57,100 nucleotides of DNA from a virus. Lineage: Duplodnaviria; Caudoviricetes. Location of the stretch: positions 1 through 57,100 of the IMG/VR virus record IMGVR_UViG_3300017700_000562. One strand, written 5' to 3'. Shown piece after piece: positions 52,547 through 57,100 of the stretch. The position numbers and the translations under genes are program-made. The notes under the pieces are model-generated. The model was not told the DNA's origin, did not search any database, and saw only the letters and a list, made by a program, of their open reading frames with translations. Within the stretch, counting starts at the first letter, position 1. Every line of letters begins with the position of its first letter.

Positions 52547-52998
52547 CCGTCTATACCGTTCACGTTCTGCGAGACGACCACGCGGCCAACATGGCTGACT
52601 GGGGCAACGTGGTGCCGGTGAACCACCGGTTCATTTTCCCCGACGAACTGGCCGTCGACGGCAGCCTGCCCCCTGCCTTCATCAACAATATGGAGCGCTG
52701 CGCGCGAAACTTCCGACAAGGTGTCGATTACGTCGTGCTGTCCGGGGACCAGTTACAGCTTGCGGCGTTCTGCTCGATCCTTTCCCACCGGCACGGCTGG
52801 TACAACGTCCTGAAATTCGAGCGTCGGGAACAGGCCTATTTTCCCGCGCTCGTTAGAAGTTACGATCTTGTGCGTGGTGCACGGGACGTGGTAGAAGAGA
52901 AACCTCAAACAGGAGTTAAAGATGGCGAAATCAGCAGCGAAGGTCGCGGAAGCGAAGCCTACTACCCCCGCAAAAACTACCACGGACCAGATACCTAA
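52543..52998 (+). CDS. Hypothetical alpha/beta protein
   Basis: DYVVLSGD...VLKFERR..AY; the start codon is uncertain. Confidence 0.6.
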   Translation: MTVYTVHVLRDDHAANMADWGNVVPVNHRFIFPDELAVDGSLPPAFINNMERCARNFRQGVDYVVLSGDQLQLAAFCSILSHRHGWYNVLKFERREQAYFPALVRSYDLVRGARDVVEEKPQTGVKDGEISSEGRGSEAYYPRKNYHGPDT

Positions 52999-53545
52999 GG
53001 TCCCCTCCACTCTCCCCGCGTCGCTCGTCAAGTCGCTGCCGGTCAGCGTCGAGATCATGAAGCACGTGCGCGAGATCGAGAAGCTGATGCCGAAGCTCCA
53101 GCGCGAGATCAACCAGGCCGTGAAGAGCGGCACCACGCCGACCGCACGGGCTTTCGTGGTGATGCACCGGATGCGTGACGCCGTGCGGTCCGGCGAGGGT
53201 AAGGACAAGTCCATTTTCAAACCGTTCATGGATATGTACGAGACCCTGAACAAGGTGACCCTGCCCAACATGCTGGAAGTCGACGGCGTGACCAACGTGC
53301 CGCTGGCCGAAGGTTTTCGGGTGCAGATGGCGTCGCCGTTCTACGCCTCCGTCAAGAAGGACCAACAGGCTGCGGCCTACGAGTGGCTCAAGGCCAACGG
53401 CCTGGGCGATCTGATCAAGGACACCGTCAATTCGTCGTCGCTGGCGGCCGGGCTCAAGGGCCTGCTCGAAGACAAAAACATCGAGGCCCCCGCCGAAATC
53501 TTCACGGCAGACTACGTGCCGGCCATGTCGGTGGTGAAGACATGA
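52922..53545 (+). CDS. Replication-module protein (common upstream of phage SSB genes)
   Basis: AAYEWLKANGLGDLIKDTVNSSSL.A.LK motif and an aaacaggagtta RBS. Confidence 0.75.
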   Translation: MAKSAAKVAEAKPTTPAKTTTDQIPKVPSTLPASLVKSLPVSVEIMKHVREIEKLMPKLQREINQAVKSGTTPTARAFVVMHRMRDAVRSGEGKDKSIFKPFMDMYETLNKVTLPNMLEVDGVTNVPLAEGFRVQMASPFYASVKKDQQAAAYEWLKANGLGDLIKDTVNSSSLAAGLKGLLEDKNIEAPAEIFTADYVPAMSVVKT

Positions 53546-53730
53546 GCAAGATCAAGATTTCGATGTGCGCCGAGTGTAAGGGTAAAGGCACCAAGCTCAC
53601 GTTCGCCTCTAACGGCGTCGAAGTTGATGCTAGGGTTTGCGTCGAGTGCAAGGGTACCGGCAAGATCATCAGTAGTTTCCGAGGTTCACGCAGGACTGGG
53701 CAATTCTGCCCAATATCAAGAAGGACTTAG
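53542..53730 (+). CDS. DnaJ-type zinc-finger mini-protein
   Basis: CAECKGKG and CVECKGTG. Confidence 0.6.
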   Translation: MSKIKISMCAECKGKGTKLTFASNGVEVDARVCVECKGTGKIISSFRGSRRTGQFCPISRRT

Positions 53731-53736
53731 ACTGCC

Positions 53737-54690
53737 ATGGCGAAGACAGCAACCAAGATGGCCACCCCGGCCCCCAAGAAGCCCGACCCGAAGCCTGCTC
53801 CGGCGAAAGCTACGTCGGCCCCCCGCGCCTCCGTCCCGGCAACGGTGAAGCCCCGGAACGAAGTCGCGGACCCCTCTCTCGCGAACGTGCCGGCTTTCAT
53901 GCAGCAGGACGTCGGCATGGGGCTCGACAAGATCGGCAACGACGATCTTGAAATTCCCCGGCTCAAACTGATCCAGGGCATCAGCCCCGAACTGCAGGAG
54001 TACAACGAACTGCGCGCCGGCAATTTTTTCCACACGGCGGCCGAAATGATCTTCGACGAACCGTTCCGGGTCGTCCCGATCTACGTGCAGAAGGAATATA
54101 TCCTCTGGAACCCGATCGACAGCGGCGGCGGCATTCTGGCGCGGGCTTCCGACGCCATTCACTGGTCGCCGTCGACCGGCGAATTTGACGTCAAGCTGGA
54201 CAAGTCGCAGGGCGGCGCGAAGGTCAAGTGGACGCTCAAGCCCACGGTCGCGCAGTCCGGCCTCGCCAACTGGGGGACGCAGAACCCGGCCGACAAGGAC
54301 AGCCCGCCCGCCGCGACGCTGATGTACAACTTCCTGTTCGGCTTCCCCGATCACCCGGAACTGATGCCGGCCGTGTTCACGTTCCAGCGGTCGTCGATCA
54401 AGGTCGGTCGCAAGTTCCTGACCAAGTTGAAGACCGTCCGTACCCCGATCTTCGGCACCGTCTACTCGGTGACGTCGACCGACATGGGCAGCGACAACAA
54501 GTCCTACAAGGTACCGGTGATGTCCGGCGCGGGCCTGGTCGACTCCGAGGCGATGTACAACGATTTCAAGGCCATGCACGAGTCGTTCTCGGTCAAGGGC
54601 CTGAACATCAAGGACATCGACTCGCTGGCCGACGAGGACGGCAAGAACGCGGCCGACGAGGACGGCGACGACGGGAAGCCGAAGTACTGA
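53737..54690 (+). CDS. Single-stranded DNA-binding / annealing-like protein
   Basis: DDLEIPRLKLIQGISPE, and an acidic tail ending in an aromatic residue (DEDGDDGKPKY). Confidence 0.7.
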   Translation: MAKTATKMATPAPKKPDPKPAPAKATSAPRASVPATVKPRNEVADPSLANVPAFMQQDVGMGLDKIGNDDLEIPRLKLIQGISPELQEYNELRAGNFFHTAAEMIFDEPFRVVPIYVQKEYILWNPIDSGGGILARASDAIHWSPSTGEFDVKLDKSQGGAKVKWTLKPTVAQSGLANWGTQNPADKDSPPAATLMYNFLFGFPDHPELMPAVFTFQRSSIKVGRKFLTKLKTVRTPIFGTVYSVTSTDMGSDNKSYKVPVMSGAGLVDSEAMYNDFKAMHESFSVKGLNIKDIDSLADEDGKNAADEDGDDGKPKY

Positions 54691-54702
54691 TCGGTACAAG
54701 AA

Positions 54703-54965
54703 CGGGAGCGACGCCGGCCGGCGTCGTGACCCCAGCTTCGCAGTGGGAATTGCTAGCATAGTACCACTGGGAGCGGAGAAGGGAGACGGTGTACTTGCGG
54801 TGCAAGCCGTCTCCCTACTTTCCGAATAGTTTGTTTTCGTGGACGTCGGGCCACTAGGGTGGGGAGGATATCTTGAACCTCTCGGGATGCTGACAACGCC
54901 AGTGACTTCCTAGTAGTTGCCCAACAGGACAGGTGTGCGGGTTCGATCCTCGTCCGCGCCCGGCG
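54703..54965 (+). ncRNA. Structured non-coding region with a tRNA-like T-arm at its 3-prime end
   Basis: Several consecutive stems plus GGTTCGATCC; it does not fold as a canonical tRNA. Confidence 0.4.
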
Positions 54966-55034
54966 TCCTCGAAAACAAACAAGAGAACTATCATGGTGGT
55001 GGTTCGCAAACGTCCCAAAGTTGGGAGATATACA

Positions 55035-55349
55035 ATGCCTGAACTTACCGAAGAGCAGTACGAGCACGTCGCCCTGATACTGTCCGAACTGGCACCCGTC
55101 GTCGACGACCTGAACGACAGCCCGGCAAATTTCGTGCGCGACCAGATCGCGCGGCACGAGCAGTATGGCGCGCGGATGTTCATGTCGCCGAAGCAGATCG
55201 CCTGGCTCGAACGCCTCCACGAGGAACACGTCGGCACGGCGTCGCACGCGCAGCCTTCCGACTTGACAGACGACGTCGGGCCCGGGTCAGATGGACCCGA
55301 TACGAGCGATCCCCGCTTCAATGGTGAAGCGGACGACGTACTGTTCTAG
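55035..55349 (+). CDS. Hypothetical acidic protein
   Basis: GGGAG RBS and FVRDQ..R.EQYG..MFMSPKQIAWL. Confidence 0.65.
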   Translation: MPELTEEQYEHVALILSELAPVVDDLNDSPANFVRDQIARHEQYGARMFMSPKQIAWLERLHEEHVGTASHAQPSDLTDDVGPGSDGPDTSDPRFNGEADDVLF

Positions 55350-55358
55350 GAGGATGCA

Positions 55359-55715
55359 ATGCGAGAGATTATCAGCCACCGGGTCAATCCGGCGAACGAC
55401 AAGATTTCAATCCACGTGATCGACGAACCCGGTGCCGGGGGAGCCAATCATGAATACGACGTGCTGATCCCCAATCGGGATAATATGCGCATTTCGTTTC
55501 AGAACGGCCCCATCGCCGAAAACGGCGTCAACGGCATCACGCAGGAAGTGCTGCTGGCCATCGTGATCGATCGGCTGGAGTCGTTCCAGAAGGGGTCGTT
55601 CACCTGCCGCGAAAACGCGATGGCGTTGACCAAACTGGAAGAAGCCAAGCTGTGGCTGTTCAGACGCACGATGGAGCGCATGACGCGCGGCGTTGAAGGC
55701 ACCAACAAGGTCTGA
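55359..55715 (+). CDS. tad1: Tad1-family anti-defence sponge protein (anti-Thoeris/CBASS)
   Basis: FQNGPIAENGVNG...LLAIVIDRLESFQ...CRENAMALTKLEEA.LWL.RRT.ER..RGVEGT, and HEY upstream. Confidence 0.88.
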   Translation: MREIISHRVNPANDKISIHVIDEPGAGGANHEYDVLIPNRDNMRISFQNGPIAENGVNGITQEVLLAIVIDRLESFQKGSFTCRENAMALTKLEEAKLWLFRRTMERMTRGVEGTNKV

Positions 55716-55731
55716 ACCAGAAAGCGTCGCG

Positions 55732-56016
55732 ATGCCTAATATCAACAACAAGACCCTTCGCGACGCAACCTGGAAACAGGTTTACCGCTATACTGGGGCC
55801 AAGGTGTCGTTCATCACCTACGCCTGCGAGGAAATTCCCGGACTCACCATCACGAAGGACATGCTCGGTGCCAAAGTCGTCAAAACCACGTACACCGTCG
55901 CCGGCAAAGCCACGGACAGTCCGACGCAAGCCGTCCGCGACTACAACGCCCACCAGAGAGCCCAATCTGGCCGACAGGAAGTACCGGGAAGTCCTCGCGC
56001 GGCTGGACTCAGATGA
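55732..56016 (+). CDS. Hypothetical protein overlapping the polymerase start
   Basis: Good codon usage; overlaps the pol frame. Confidence 0.5.
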   Translation: MPNINNKTLRDATWKQVYRYTGAKVSFITYACEEIPGLTITKDMLGAKVVKTTYTVAGKATDSPTQAVRDYNAHQRAQSGRQEVPGSPRAAGLR

Positions 56017-57100
56017 ACCGCTCATTTCGCTGGACACCGAGACTTCTGGCCTCGATTGGCGCGTGCACCATATTGTCGGCTACGTATTTGCTTTCTCCGC
56101 GAGCCCCGACGATAGTTATTACATTCCTGTTAGGCATGCTGGTCGGAACAATGTTGGGGGTCATGCTGGTCCATCGACTGCCACTGGCTGGGACGGCGAA
56201 ACCCTTGCGCATGGGGAAGCGGAACTCTTACGGCTGTCTATGCGGAAGGGACTACGATACGTAGGCCACAATCTGTCGTTCGATCTCAAGTTCTTGTATC
56301 GGGTCTGCGGCACGGCGGCGTTCGATCCCCAATACGAAGACACCATGATCAACGAACCGTTGATTGATGAACATGCCGGCAAATTCAGCCTTGAAGCCTG
56401 CTGCCTGCGGCGCGGGGTTCAGGCCAAAAAGAGCCATATGATGTACGACCACATCCACAAGCTGTTCCCCGAGGTGCCGGCCGCGGCGTCGTCGATGGGA
56501 CACTTCTGGCGACTAGACGCTGAGGACTCGGTGGCGATTGAATACGCCGAGGGCGACGGCACGTCGACTTGGCAACTGCGCGACGCGCAGATGGAAGAAA
56601 TGCTGCGGCAAGATGCAGAACATTACAAAGCAGACATCTTGGATTGGCTGGGTACTGCACCTAGGGTATGGGATGGGGACGAAGAGCGCGACGCGATAGG
56701 GCGGGAGTGGTTTGATCTTCCTGAGAACCACAAACTTCCCACCCTGCGCCGCGTCCACGGCATCGAGTCCCGTCTGATCCGCGTCCTAGCGCGCATGACC
56801 TGTAAGGGTCTGCGCACCGACCGCAAGGCCGTCCAGAAGCTTTACGACGGCCTCACCAAAAAGATCAACGGTTTGATGGAGAAGCTGCCCCCCGGCGCGT
56901 CGGTGCGCTCGCCGAACGACGTCAAGGCCTGGTTGATGGTTAACGGCATTACGAGCGGTTGGCCCCTGACCCCCAAGCGCAAGCAGCCGTCGTTCACCGA
57001 GGATTACCTCAAGACCGTAGCGCCCGGTCGCGACATCCTCGACATTCGCCACCTGTCGCACATGCGGGACAGTTTCATCGCGCCGCTGTTGGAAGAACAC
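55868..57100 (+). CDS. polA: Family A DNA polymerase, N-terminal 3-5 exonuclease and thumb (continues into 1-1011; about 706 aa in total)
   Basis: My translation gives ExoI LDTETSGL, ExoII GHNLSFDL, DTMI and ExoIII EYAEGD. The frame is open to the window end. The GTG start at 55868 is inferred. Confidence 0.9.
   Translation, partial: MPKSSKPRTPSPAKPRTVRRKPSATTTPTREPNLADRKYREVLARLDSDEPLISLDTETSGLDWRVHHIVGYVFAFSASPDDSYYIPVRHAGRNNVGGHAGPSTATGWDGETLAHGEAELLRLSMRKGLRYVGHNLSFDLKFLYRVCGTAAFDPQYEDTMINEPLIDEHAGKFSLEACCLRRGVQAKKSHMMYDHIHKLFPEVPAAASSMGHFWRLDAEDSVAIEYAEGDGTSTWQLRDAQMEEMLRQDAEHYKADILDWLGTAPRVWDGDEERDAIGREWFDLPENHKLPTLRRVHGIESRLIRVLARMTCKGLRTDRKAVQKLYDGLTKKINGLMEKLPPGASVRSPNDVKAWLMVNGITSGWPLTPKRKQPSFTEDYLKTVAPGRDILDIRHLSHMRDSFIAPLLEEH
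56978..57100. repeat. Terminal direct repeat, right copy
   Basis: Identical to 1-123. Confidence 0.97.

Noticed and set aside
54857-54965. Canonical tRNA gene
   Set aside because: The spacing between acceptor and T-arm is too long, there is no clear anticodon arm and no CCA. Kept only as a tRNA-like candidate.
56978-57100. Terminal repeat as biological direct terminal repeats
   Set aside because: It falls mid-polymerase and its length is typical of an assembler overlap. The terminase type suggests headful packaging.
1-57100. Temperate lifestyle / prophage
   Set aside because: No integrase, repressor, partition genes or host flanks were recognised, although a divergent one could have been missed.

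Overview
The window is an apparently complete, circularly permuted ~57 kb dsDNA phage genome. Bases 56978-57100 repeat bases 1-123, and the family A DNA polymerase ORF runs through that junction. The + strand arm (42.4 kb through the junction to 12.8 kb) carries early and replication genes: primase-polymerase/helicase, GcrA, Tad1, an SSB-like protein, PolA, an SNF2 helicase, a UvrD-like helicase and HNH endonucleases. The - strand arm (41.9 to 12.8 kb) is a P22-like podovirus morphogenesis and lysis module. GcrA and the spanin-type lysis genes point to an alphaproteobacterial host, and no integrase or repressor was recognised. Two systems stand out. (1) A 2-aminoadenine (Z-genome) cassette, purZ-mazZ-datZ plus a DUF6378-like gene. 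Its PurZ appears to mix PurZ0 and PurZ signatures, the adjacent polymerase has highly atypical motif B/C residues, and a Dam-like DPPY methyltransferase sits between them. (2) A set of late genes with export signals: a tail fibre with a Sec-type signal peptide and 20 cysteines in ten neighbouring pairs, plus two Sec-signal and two Tat-signal genes inserted between terS and terL. These suggest periplasmic maturation of virion parts. All family calls are from motif recognition by eye, and no database search was run.
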